A DNA stretch of 44,145 nucleotides from a virus. The first letter of the stretch is position 1; every line of letters starts with the position of its first letter. The notes below the pieces were generated by a model. That model had not been told where the DNA came from, searched no databases, and was given only the letters and a program-made list of their open reading frames with translations. This document shows positions 1 to 6,845 of the stretch, in pieces. The translations under genes and the position numbers were made by a program. The DNA lies in the IMG/VR virus record IMGVR_UViG_3300027834_000002, positions 1 through 44,145 of that record; one strand, given 5' to 3'.

Positions 1-127
1 ATTTCAAGCGAAAAAAACACACACTTCCCATCATAATGTTTCGATATATATTCTATCATATTTAATGCTAATGCTGTTTTACCTATAGATGGTCTAGCTG
101 CAATTAATGTTAAAGTCTTGGGCTCAA
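1..127. repeat. Left copy of an exact 127-bp terminal overlap (identical to 44019..44145), marking a circularly closed assembly
   Basis: Direct comparison shows bases 1-127 (atttcaagcgaaaaaaacac...gtcttgggctcaa) recur exactly at 44019-44145. The dnaB reading frame runs straight through the join. Confidence 0.95.
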
Positions 128-689
128 GGCCATTCAGCATATTATCTATAGTCTCTATACCTGTTAAGCATCCAACAGTTTTATTATTGGTTGTCATCTT
201 TCTCTGTATCTCTGCGTAAACATTCTGGGCTATCGTTAAGTTAGATTCAAGAACCCTATCCTTTCTAGCATCTAAGAGACGAACACGCTTCTTGATTTCA
301 GCAAGGATGTCTGGTGTTTCCTTATTTGTTTTCTTTATCCAGGCTTCAATATCCTCCCCTAGCTGGGCTACTTTACGCCTAGTTGATATCTCCTTCAACT
401 CTTTGGCATGCTGTACTGTACCGACAGATGTAGTTACATTCTCAACAATAGACGTTATTATATCTATAGGGATGAATCTTGCTTTATTATGCTTTTCAAG
501 GAATTCACTTATAGATAGAATATCACAGCCCACTCCAAGAATAGCCTTGTAGATTTCAATGCTTTCAGGAGAATAAAAGTCTTCCGGCTCGATAATAGCT
601 TTAACTTTTGCAAGCATCTTGTCTCCGGCCATCAAGATTCCACCTAGTACAGCGGTTTCTATAGCTTGAGAATAAACTTTTATGGTCAC
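1..689 (-). CDS. dnaB: Replicative DNA helicase DnaB, N-terminal part (gene crosses the contig junction and continues at 43421..44145)
   Basis: The minus frame is open from the window edge to GTG at 689-687, which overlaps the TGA of the upstream ORF (GTGA). My translation is VTIKVYSQAIETAVLGGILMAGDK...GIETIDNMLNGLEPKTLTLIAARPSIGKTALALNMIEYI, a DnaB N-domain followed by Walker A. It joins in frame to 43421..44145 through the 127-bp overlap, giving about 428 aa in total. Confidence 0.9.
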   Translation of the reverse strand, partial: MTIKVYSQAIETAVLGGILMAGDKMLAKVKAIIEPEDFYSPESIEIYKAILGVGCDILSISEFLEKHNKARFIPIDIITSIVENVTTSVGTVQHAKELKEISTRRKVAQLGEDIEAWIKKTNKETPDILAEIKKRVRLLDARKDRVLESNLTIAQNVYAEIQRKMTTNNKTVGCLTGIETIDNMLNGLEPKTLTLIAARPSIGKTALALNMIEYISKHYDGKCVFFSLE

Positions 690-916
690 GATTTAAATTC
701 CTTATAAAACGCGTACAGTAAGAAATCAGCCATCCCTTCGCTTACTTCATCAGGGCTTTTAGTCAGGGTAATTTTATTCCTTGATCCATTTCCTTTAGTT
801 ACTTCAATGTTAAAGTTTAATAAATGATCTTCAACATAACATGTAGTCGCGCTGTTTACGTGAAACCATTTCCCTTTAATCCGTTTAAGTATCCATTCTG
901 TTCGGTATAGCATCAT
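686..916 (-). CDS. Hypothetical early protein (76 aa) immediately upstream of dnaB
   Basis: Track ORF. Its stop overlaps the dnaB GTG start (translational coupling). No recognisable motif. Confidence 0.7.
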   Translation of the reverse strand: MMLYRTEWILKRIKGKWFHVNSATTCYVEDHLLNFNIEVTKGNGSRNKITLTKSPDEVSEGMADFLLYAFYKEFKS

Positions 917-994
917 TTTCTGTTTACTCCTTACTGTTTCTCCTAGGCTATCTCATTTAACCAAATTATAAAACCTAAAGGTACGTTACCCCAT

Positions 995-1219
995 TCAGCA
1001 AAAAAAATCATGCTTAAAATCTGCCGTTGAAGGATTGTATAATTTGCCAGTTCTTACGTTTAACCTGTCTTCATCGACATATCTATCCATACCATCAGTA
1101 TTAAATGTATATTTTTCAGTACATACATTATGTACAATTATTACTTCATCTTTACGTATAAGTTCATTAACTGAACCGTGTTTCAAAGTTACCAGACCTA
1201 TTTCCCCGTGCATATTCAA
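995..1219 (-). CDS. Hypothetical early protein (74 aa)
   Basis: Track ORF in the tightly packed co-directional early block. No motif recognised. Confidence 0.65.
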   Translation of the reverse strand: MNMHGEIGLVTLKHGSVNELIRKDEVIIVHNVCTEKYTFNTDGMDRYVDEDRLNVRTGKLYNPSTADFKHDFFC

Positions 1220-1229
1220 CCCCCTGATT

Positions 1230-1520
1230 TCAACTAACTGCTGTTCTAATTTTGTTGTAATAATAATCTACTCGTTCAATCCCTACGTCTTCCCATGGCT
1301 TAAAACAGCTGGAATATTTGGTATACCCTTCAGGCATTTGTACTTCAGTAGCTATACTGATTCCTGATATATACGCAACGTAACGGGCACCATTTATAAT
1401 GAAGAAACTTTTTTTAATTAATACCTTAATCATATCCTCTTTACTTATTTTTATCTTGGCCTTCCTATACTCTTTTTCTTCTATCATTTCCCGTAATAAA
1501 TCTTCATGATTAGCTAGCAT
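1230..1520 (-). CDS. Hypothetical early protein (96 aa)
   Basis: Track ORF that overlaps the upstream ORF by a few nt (operon-like packing). Confidence 0.7.
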   Translation of the reverse strand: MLANHEDLLREMIEEKEYRKAKIKISKEDMIKVLIKKSFFIINGARYVAYISGISIATEVQMPEGYTKYSSCFKPWEDVGIERVDYYYNKIRTAVS

Positions 1521-1720
1521 TTTTCTTTACCTCTATTGATTAAGTTTATATTTGTATTCTTCCATAGGTCAAAATAATAAACAAGTTGTAATGGTTTCCC
1601 GAGGTATTGTGCTTTTGGGTATTTGCTGATAGCAATATATCGGCTATTATCTATAATCCACTCTCTTTTATCTATCATTTCCTTGATATGTTCTTCACGT
1701 ACTGTATTTATTGGTTCCAT
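1514..1720 (-). CDS. Hypothetical early protein (68 aa)
   Basis: Track ORF, co-directional, with a short overlap to the next gene. Confidence 0.65.
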   Translation of the reverse strand: MEPINTVREEHIKEMIDKREWIIDNSRYIAISKYPKAQYLGKPLQLVYYFDLWKNTNINLINRGKEKC

Positions 1721-1750
1721 GTTTAATCTCTGCTTGTGTTATCCATTCTA

Positions 1751-2020
1751 TTATACACAATCCATTTCCTCTATTATTAATTTTGAATACCCTAAAACAT
1801 CAACCCAGCTATCAAGATGTCTTGGTGTTACGGCTATTCTTGATAATTTAGTTACAACATCATATATATATGTTTCGTACAGTAAAGGCATATCATGGTT
1901 GTGGATATCATAATATCTTTCTTTGATTAGATGCATAATTCTACTCCTTAGAATTGCATTCCCTTTATAATCCCCATAATTATTCCCTCTTTCTTCTAAA
2001 ATCTTTCCGATATCTTCCAT
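1751..2020 (-). CDS. Hypothetical early protein (89 aa)
   Basis: Track ORF. The pattern ERGNNYGD...KLSRIAV...HLDSWVDVLGY looks like a conserved small helical phage protein, but I cannot name the family with confidence. Confidence 0.7.
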   Translation of the reverse strand: MEDIGKILEERGNNYGDYKGNAILRSRIMHLIKERYYDIHNHDMPLLYETYIYDVVTKLSRIAVTPRHLDSWVDVLGYSKLIIEEMDCV

Positions 2021-2023
2021 TGT

Positions 2024-2446
2024 TTACGTTTCCCATTTATCCGTAATCTTTATTGGATTTCCATCTTGCCATCTTCTTTGATTAAGATATGTTGTCAACA
2101 TTGGAATATATTTTCCATTGTTGTCTAGCCAATTGGTCGTTTTCTTTTTCGTTTCAATATCTTTTATTATATTAATGACTATAGCCTTATCTGGATTAAT
2201 GGATGCCATACATTGCAACACCATTGGCTTAGAAACTCTTTTACCGGTAGGGTAGGCATTCCATACAGCTGTCATCATAGCTCTAAGCTCTTCACTGTAT
2301 ACCTTGTCTACTTTTTTCCTAACAGTCTTCTTGCGTGGTACAAATACGGCTCCTGTTTCTTCAATGTAAACGAATCCACCGTGGACTCTCCTTACCTTTC
2401 CGCCGTCCGATAGCTCCGTTAACTCGTTTATCTTTAATTTATTCAT
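2024..2446 (-). CDS. Hypothetical protein (140 aa), possibly replication-associated
   Basis: Track ORF. The C-terminal pattern W..YP......KYIPMLTTYLNQRRWQD resembles tails of phage replication-organiser/DnaD-like proteins. This is from memory and is weak evidence. Confidence 0.7.
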   Translation of the reverse strand: MNKLKINELTELSDGGKVRRVHGGFVYIEETGAVFVPRKKTVRKKVDKVYSEELRAMMTAVWNAYPTGKRVSKPMVLQCMASINPDKAIVINIIKDIETKKKTTNWLDNNGKYIPMLTTYLNQRRWQDGNPIKITDKWET

Positions 2447-2636
2447 CGCTTGCCTCGTCTAGGGATATTACAAAGCCAAGTGGCCCTCCGTCTTGTTCCT
2501 TGAAAAGGTCAATCTTAGTTTCTTTAGTTTTTTTATCGTCATTGGTAAAGATAAACTTCTCTAGCCTTTCCTTAATAGTATCTTTTTTTATAAGTTTCTT
2601 TACTTTATATTTTCTCAAATTCTTTTCTTTTTTCAT
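2439..2636 (-). CDS. Hypothetical lysine-rich protein (65 aa)
   Basis: Track ORF, highly basic N-terminal half, 8-nt overlap with the next gene. Confidence 0.6.
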   Translation of the reverse strand: MKKEKNLRKYKVKKLIKKDTIKERLEKFIFTNDDKKTKETKIDLFKEQDGGPLGFVISLDEASDE

Positions 2637-2666
2637 GTTATTATATATCCTTATGTTAACGATTTA

Positions 2667-3107
2667 CTAATCCCAGATATAACCTAATTCAAGATATCCT
2701 GATGGAAGATGACAAGACCTATGTTTTTCTATTGTGTCATTATATCTACTCATAGGTACAACTCTCCTACCGTATCTTGATTTATTATCATTGCGTGGTG
2801 CATAGAGTACGTCCTCTATGAGATCATACTCTCTAACCATGCTTAGGTATTTGACTATATATGGAAATCCAGCATACATAGATGCATTATCTTTCATGCA
2901 TTCGACCACTTCATGGTAGATATCGTTTATATCTACGTTAGGCTTACATCCGGTCATATGTTTAATCATGATTCTGATTTCATATAATCCTTCCCTATCA
3001 AATCCTGTTTCCTTGGGTGGTATCGAAAGATACCTATAGAGACTTTCAGTCTCATGTCGTGGGATAGGTTTTAAAACTTCATTATATCTATTTTTCTTGT
3101 CTTTCAT
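2667..3107 (-). CDS. Hypothetical protein (146 aa)
   Basis: Track ORF. No motif recognised. Confidence 0.75.
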   Translation of the reverse strand: MKDKKNRYNEVLKPIPRHETESLYRYLSIPPKETGFDREGLYEIRIMIKHMTGCKPNVDINDIYHEVVECMKDNASMYAGFPYIVKYLSMVREYDLIEDVLYAPRNDNKSRYGRRVVPMSRYNDTIEKHRSCHLPSGYLELGYIWD

Positions 3108-3123
3108 TGGTAACTCCTATTTG

Positions 3124-3297
3124 TTATGGCCTAGGTGCCTTGCGTCTCTCTAATATCCTGTCTATATATTCATAAGAATGAAGATAGTCTATACAACATT
3201 GATGCCCAAAATCAACCAAATCATCTTTAAAACCTTTTTGACCACACCAGCAAGTGTAGGTCTTTTCCATCTTCTTTGAGTCATAATTGTATGTCAT
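3124..3297 (-). CDS. Small Cys-rich hypothetical protein (57 aa, below the track cutoff)
   Basis: My translation is MTYNYDSKKMEKTYTCWCGQKGFKDDLVDFGHQCCIDYLHSYEYIDRILERRKAPRP*. It fills the gap between two genes and has AGGGA upstream of the ATG. Confidence 0.55.
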   Translation of the reverse strand: MTYNYDSKKMEKTYTCWCGQKGFKDDLVDFGHQCCIDYLHSYEYIDRILERRKAPRP

Positions 3298-3302
3298 TAT
3301 CT

Positions 3303-3599
3303 TTATCCCTTATTAAACATTTCTTTACAGCATTCGTTACTGTCAAGGTCATCTATAAAACCTTCCAGGCCACATTCTTGACAGATATACCACATCTCAA
3401 TTCCTGAACCGTGCTTATATGTAGCTATATTATAGTCTTCATCTATGATATATACAAACCCTGTTTCCTGATTCCATTCTATAATAGCGGTATCTCTGTC
3501 TATCCCTTTAGGTATCCTACCGTTTATCAATCTTTCTATTTCATAGTGTGTTCCAGGGTCTGCGCCTAATATATCTAGTTTTACAATATGGTCTTCCAT
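3303..3599 (-). CDS. Hypothetical protein (98 aa) with C-terminal Cys cluster
   Basis: Track ORF with motif CQECG...ECC near the C-terminus. Confidence 0.75.
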   Translation of the reverse strand: MEDHIVKLDILGADPGTHYEIERLINGRIPKGIDRDTAIIEWNQETGFVYIIDEDYNIATYKHGSGIEMWYICQECGLEGFIDDLDSNECCKEMFNKG

Positions 3600-3612
3600 G
3601 TTGTAGCTCCTA

Positions 3613-4059
3613 TTATTTTGACATTACAGGGAAATTGTTGTAATGATATGCTCCTGATAAATCCGTTGTGTCATACATGAAACCATTAACTTCTATCTCT
3701 TTCTCTGTATCCAGTAAATTACAGGTAATATCCTTTCCTTTATTGTTAGGCCTCCATCTTAAAGAAAAACCTGTTTCGTACATGTCAAACCTTAGAAACT
3801 TATTACATTCATCCTCAGTCATAAGTACGGGTGCCCTGTCTTCTTCTTTAATATATGACGTATATAGAGCTACTGAGCTTGTACTTACTTGGTTCCAAGT
3901 TTCACTGGAAATATAATCAAGGCCCCGTTTATCGCAGCGCAGAGACATCGTAACACCTTTTTCTGTAAAATCGAATTGCCTTTTAACTCCTAAACTATCT
4001 ACAGACAATATACCTGCTTTGATCAATAGTTCAACCATTTTCTTTCTTTGATTTTTCAT
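3613..4059 (-). CDS. Early paralog-family protein P1 (148 aa)
   Basis: Track ORF. The N-terminus RKKMVELLIKAGILSV...FDFTEKGVTMSL shares a motif with 4056, 4813, 5159, 5519 and 36042. Confidence 0.8.
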   Translation of the reverse strand: MKNQRKKMVELLIKAGILSVDSLGVKRQFDFTEKGVTMSLRCDKRGLDYISSETWNQVSTSSVALYTSYIKEEDRAPVLMTEDECNKFLRFDMYETGFSLRWRPNNKGKDITCNLLDTEKEIEVNGFMYDTTDLSGAYHYNNFPVMSK

Positions 4060-4298
4060 CGCTTATCCTCTTTAAAGTTTGCATAATACGTGTAATCAAA
4101 CAAGGTGTCCAGGTGGACGTCATCCCATTTTTTAATAGACTCAATCTTTTGTGTGAAGTCTAGCCTATTGAATATTAACGTCTCTACTTTATCCAGATTA
4201 AAGCTAACCATTTTAAGACAGTCCATTGTGTCTACTGTTATTGCTCCAGCTTCAACCAGCTCTTTCTTTATTAAGTGTCTCAGCCTTTTATCGTTCAT
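4056..4298 (-). CDS. Early paralog-family protein P2 (80 aa)
   Basis: Track ORF with RHLIKKELVEAGAITV...VSFNLDKVETLIF. It has 4-nt overlaps on both sides. Confidence 0.75.
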   Translation of the reverse strand: MNDKRLRHLIKKELVEAGAITVDTMDCLKMVSFNLDKVETLIFNRLDFTQKIESIKKWDDVHLDTLFDYTYYANFKEDKR

Positions 4299-4558
4299 GA
4301 TTGAATAGCTCCTAATGTTATTGATGCGCTTAGTTGATTGTTGTCTACTATAACGTTTTCGCTTTTTGCGTCACCATACCCTTTACCTAAAAGGTAATCA
4401 GCGAATGCTTCATTAATCAGGCCATTAGGTGTTGAATGGTTAGGGTATTTGTATAGGAAGTCATCTATCATGCGACTCAATGCGCCTGGGCTGGCTGTAT
4501 AGACTAGCCTTGTTTCTTGGTTATTGTTTATTATTATTTTTACGTCTAGTTTTATCAT
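4295..4558 (-). CDS. Hypothetical protein (87 aa; start moved to the internal ATG)
   Basis: The track ORF 4295..4609 was shortened to ATG 4558, which is preceded by GAGG (AATGAGGTCATAATG). The upstream extension overlaps a tiny SD-led ORF. Confidence 0.7.
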   Translation of the reverse strand: MIKLDVKIIINNNQETRLVYTASPGALSRMIDDFLYKYPNHSTPNGLINEAFADYLLGKGYGDAKSENVIVDNNQLSASITLGAIQS

Positions 4559-4623
4559 TATGACCTCATTAAATCTCTTAACATTATGGCAGCTAGTGCC
4601 AGGATACATATTGGTGTGATCAT
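4558..4623 (-). CDS. Tiny hydrophobic peptide (21 aa), tentative
   Basis: My translation is MITPICILALAAIMLRDLMRS*. It is preceded by AGGAG (GTAGGAGATACAAAATG), and its TAA overlaps the next ATG (TAATG). Confidence 0.35.
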   Translation of the reverse strand: MITPICILALAAIMLRDLMRS

Positions 4624-4633
4624 TTTGTATCTC

Positions 4634-4810
4634 CTACTTAAGAAGTCTCTGGATGTCTGCATTTAACTTAAGGTCATAGGTAACTTGTTTAAGCTTAGCT
4701 TCAACCTTATTTATATTTCTACTTACAGCTAGTTCAGCAATCATAAGTAAGGCACCCAGGAAGATAGCGGATGCTATGCCTATTATTATTTTTGTCTTAA
4801 AGTTATCCAT
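4634..4810 (-). CDS. Small single-pass membrane protein (58 aa, below the track cutoff)
   Basis: My translation is MDNFKTKIIIGIASAIFLGALLMIAELAVSRNINKVEAKLKQVTYDLKLNADIQRLLK*, with one clear hydrophobic helix. It fills an otherwise empty gap. Confidence 0.55.
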   Translation of the reverse strand: MDNFKTKIIIGIASAIFLGALLMIAELAVSRNINKVEAKLKQVTYDLKLNADIQRLLK

Positions 4811-4812
4811 GG

Positions 4813-5151
4813 TTACCCCCCTATAGTCGCAAAGTTAAAAATCCATTCATTTACAAGCGAAACCTTATCCCTTAGCCTAAGTATAACCTTTCCCAAACCT
4901 AAAGGGTACAATCTAGTCAAGAAATTGATTGAACCGATCGACATATATAAGCTTATATTGAGTTCTCTCAGTATACTTTCTTCAAGGTATGAACTAAGAT
5001 AGATAGTTGCTCCAATTGGCACATCAGTCCATATAATCTTGGTATACCTAATTATCACGCTATCTTTAGTGAAAGTTACTATGTCGCCAGATTCCAAGGT
5101 GACGCTACCTTCCTTAATTAACGCATCTTTTAACGTTTGTTTAATCATCAT
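4813..5151 (-). CDS. Early paralog-family protein P3 (112 aa)
   Basis: Track ORF with LKDALIKEGSVTL...VTFTKDSVIIRY. Confidence 0.75.
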   Translation of the reverse strand: MMIKQTLKDALIKEGSVTLESGDIVTFTKDSVIIRYTKIIWTDVPIGATIYLSSYLEESILRELNISLYMSIGSINFLTRLYPLGLGKVILRLRDKVSLVNEWIFNFATIGG

Positions 5152-5158
5152 TCTATTA

Positions 5159-5395
5159 TTAACTCCTATTGTCTATAGAGTTTATACCTATCATTTCTCC
5201 AGTGTTCAGCTCATCCCATGCCCTAAATTCTGTTATGTGGGCGCTCTCCATTGGCGTTGTTTCGTCCTTTGTTACGCCATCTTTAGTGCAAGTGAATGTT
5301 GTCTTATATCCTTTACCCCATTCAACGGTGTAGACTTGATGGGCTATCAGGATGTCCATCATCCTGTTTCTATGTTCTAGTCTGGCCTTGTCCAT
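5159..5395 (-). CDS. Early paralog-family protein P4 (78 aa)
   Basis: Track ORF with RNRMMDILIAHQVYTV...TFTCTKDGVT. Confidence 0.75.
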   Translation of the reverse strand: MDKARLEHRNRMMDILIAHQVYTVEWGKGYKTTFTCTKDGVTKDETTPMESAHITEFRAWDELNTGEMIGINSIDNRS

Positions 5396-5518
5396 GGTTA
5401 GCTCCTAAACATAAAAATACGTGTAATTCGCCTACTAAAAAAACACACCTGCACTCAAGGTTGACTCAAAAGTCGGGAAACGTAGGCAGCTATTGAGTTA
5501 CAGGCACTTTTTAGGGGG

Positions 5519-5836
5519 TTAAATTCGGCTCAAAGTTACTATAAATCTCAAGAGTTTACCTGCGCTTACAGTGTCCCACTCATAATTAGCTACTCTATCA
5601 AAGAAACCTTTATTATCATATTTATAGACTTTTATGCTATCCTTAAACATTACTGTCAAACCGTCATGATTTAAAGCCTTACCTGCTACTAGGGCGTCAA
5701 TCATGTCCTGTCTGGCTAGTTCAACCTCTTGGTTGTGCCTTTCGACGTCATTCAAGCTCTTTAAGATTGTGTCGCTTGCTGAATTCTCAAACTCGACCAA
5801 TCTCTCTAACCTTGCGTTATTCATAATTGTCTCCAT
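5519..5836 (-). CDS. Early paralog-family protein P5 (105 aa; family motif preceded by a helical N-extension)
   Basis: Track ORF with ARQDMIDALVAGKALN...TVMFKDSIKVYKY. Confidence 0.75.
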   Translation of the reverse strand: METIMNNARLERLVEFENSASDTILKSLNDVERHNQEVELARQDMIDALVAGKALNHDGLTVMFKDSIKVYKYDNKGFFDRVANYEWDTVSAGKLLRFIVTLSRI

Positions 5837-5875
5837 TTTGATGGTTAAGGGCGATGGTTTGCCCTATTTACCTGG

Positions 5876-6142
5876 TTAAGAGTAAACTACGACGGTTGCC
5901 TGCTGGTTTTTGATTCTAACTGAGTTGACGTCGGCCAGACCATCCTCTCTTGCTGAAACTGCCTGGGCTATGACCTCTTGTCTCATCTTATTAGTGATGC
6001 AGTTGATACAATTTCCCTTAACGACGTAATCCTCAAACATTTCGATTAACTCTTTGGTGCTGATTTTGATTGTCCTACTATGAAACGAAACGTACTCTTC
6101 GTTTCTATCGCGATCTTTTGATCGCATGTTAAATGTTCCCAT
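5876..6142 (-). CDS. First early gene, hypothetical protein (88 aa)
   Basis: Track ORF. ATG 6142 is preceded by AGGAGA (AATAGGAGACAATCATG). It is the first ORF downstream of the large non-coding region. Confidence 0.75.
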   Translation of the reverse strand: MGTFNMRSKDRDRNEEYVSFHSRTIKISTKELIEMFEDYVVKGNCINCITNKMRQEVIAQAVSAREDGLADVNSVRIKNQQATVVVYS

Positions 6143-6342
6143 GATTGTCTCCTATTAAAGTTTCGTTAAAGTTGATCTATAGTAGTGCAGGGAGTGTGCC
6201 AAACTAGGAGGTTATGAAATAAAGTTTGTAAGTGACTGATAGTACTAGGTTAGATGATATTATGGTGTGTTGTACTACAAAAGTGGAAAGTGTAAAGTCG
6301 TGACGTAAAATGTTCCATTATGTGGTAAAGTAGGTACTATTT

Positions 6343-6368
6343 AGGTGGGAAAAGGTGGGAAAAGGTAG
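6343..6368. repeat. Tandem 10-mer AGGTGGGAAA x2 plus a partial third copy (AGGTAG)
   Basis: Read directly: aggtgggaaa (6343-6352), aggtgggaaa (6353-6362), aggtag (6363-6368). Confidence 0.9.
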
Positions 6369-6400
6369 TGAGAACAAAGAGATATAAAACTGGAGCAATT

Positions 6401-6428
6401 ATTGTAACAAAATGACAAAAATTGTCAC
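6401..6428 (-). promoter_or_regulatory. Candidate sigma70-type early promoter (-35 GTGACA, 16-nt spacer, -10 TACAAT) built from two ATTGT[A/C]ACAA boxes
   Basis: Minus-strand hexamers were read from plus attgta (6401-6406) and tgtcac (6423-6428). The boxes attgtaacaa (6401-6410) and attgtcacaa (6421-6430) are 20 bp apart. The host is unknown, so the consensus match is only suggestive. Confidence 0.25.
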
Positions 6429-6435
6429 AACACGG

Positions 6436-6479
6436 ATGAGACACTTTGAGACACTTTTTGAGACACTTTTATGTCTCAT
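6436..6479. repeat. Iteron-like block: GAGACACTTT x3 direct plus one inverted half-site, bracketed by the 8-bp inverted repeat ATGAGACA/TGTCTCAT
   Basis: Read directly: gagacacttt at 6438-6447, 6448-6457 and 6460-6469, tgtctc at 6472-6477, and atgagaca (6436-6443) inverted to tgtctcat (6472-6479). Confidence 0.9.
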
Positions 6480-6641
6480 TGATGGATTTCAGTGGGAATT
6501 AGGGGAAAATAGGCTGAGGTTAGTGTTGATTTAGGTGAAAATAGGCTAGAATTAGAGGAAATTAGGTTGAGGTCAGGTTGAGGTTAAGCTAGATCAGGTC
6601 GAGATTAGGGTGGATCAGGGTGAAATTAGGTCAGGTTAGGG

Positions 6642-6683
6642 GCAACCTAAAGGGTTGCTGAAGATACTTTGTAAAAGTATCAG
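6642..6683. repeat. Left arm of a perfect 42-bp inverted repeat; each arm is a twin-hairpin module
   Basis: gcaacctaaagggttgctgaagatactttgtaaaagtatcag is the exact reverse complement of 7207-7248. It contains hairpins gcaacc-taaag-ggttgc and gatacttt-gta-aaagtatc. Confidence 0.95.
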
Positions 6684-6720
6684 CTGGATCAGGGTGGATC
6701 AGGCCAGGTTAGGGGTGGAA

Positions 6721-6782
6721 TTAGGTTGAGATCGGACTAGATTAGGTCAGGTTAGGTTGAGATCGGACTGGATTAGGTCAGG
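6721..6782. repeat. 31-bp tandem duplication inside the array (one mismatch)
   Basis: ttaggttgagatcggactAgattaggtcagg (6721-6751) is followed directly by ttaggttgagatcggactGgattaggtcagg (6752-6782). Confidence 0.9.
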
Positions 6783-6817
6783 TTAGGTCAGGTTAGGTTA
6801 GGATTAGGTCAGGTTAT

Positions 6818-6845
6818 CCCACCCCTCAACCCCTACTTCACCCCC
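6818..6845 (-). other. Canonical G-quadruplex motif on the minus strand (C-tract block on plus)
   Basis: Plus reads cccacccctcaacccctacttcaccccc. Minus reads GGGGG-TGAAGTA-GGGG-TTGA-GGGG-T-GGG, which fits G3+ N1-7 repeated four times. Confidence 0.7.

Larger units (their letters stand above)
6490..6815. repeat. Degenerate short-repeat array of RTTAGG(T/G) / GGTCAGG / GATCAGG units (minus-strand form ACCTAAYC), strongly G-rich and C-poor on the plus strand
   Basis: Examples are gaattagggg, gatttaggtg, aaattaggttgaggtcaggttgagg, gagattagggtggatcagggtgaaattaggtcaggttagggg and gattaggtcaggttaggtcaggttaggttaggattaggtcagg. I counted 59 G versus 10 C in 6481-6640. The array is interrupted at 6642-6683 by the twin-hairpin module. 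Confidence 0.9.

Noticed and set aside
5396-5518. Terminator in the 123-bp gap after 5519..5836 (minus-sense ...AGGTGTGTTTTTTTAG)
   Set aside because: A T7 run is present, but I could pair only a 3-5-bp stem before it, which is too weak to annotate.
6109-6126. Palindrome gcgatc-tttt-gatcgc as a regulatory hairpin or terminator
   Set aside because: It lies inside codons 6-12 of the first early gene (MRSKDRDR) with no flanking U-tract. It may affect translation initiation, but I cannot support a feature call.
6490-6815. TTAGGG-like units as a telomere of an N15-type linear prophage
   Set aside because: There is no protelomerase-sized ORF and no long perfect telRL-type palindrome. The TTAGG similarity to eukaryotic telomeres is most likely coincidental.
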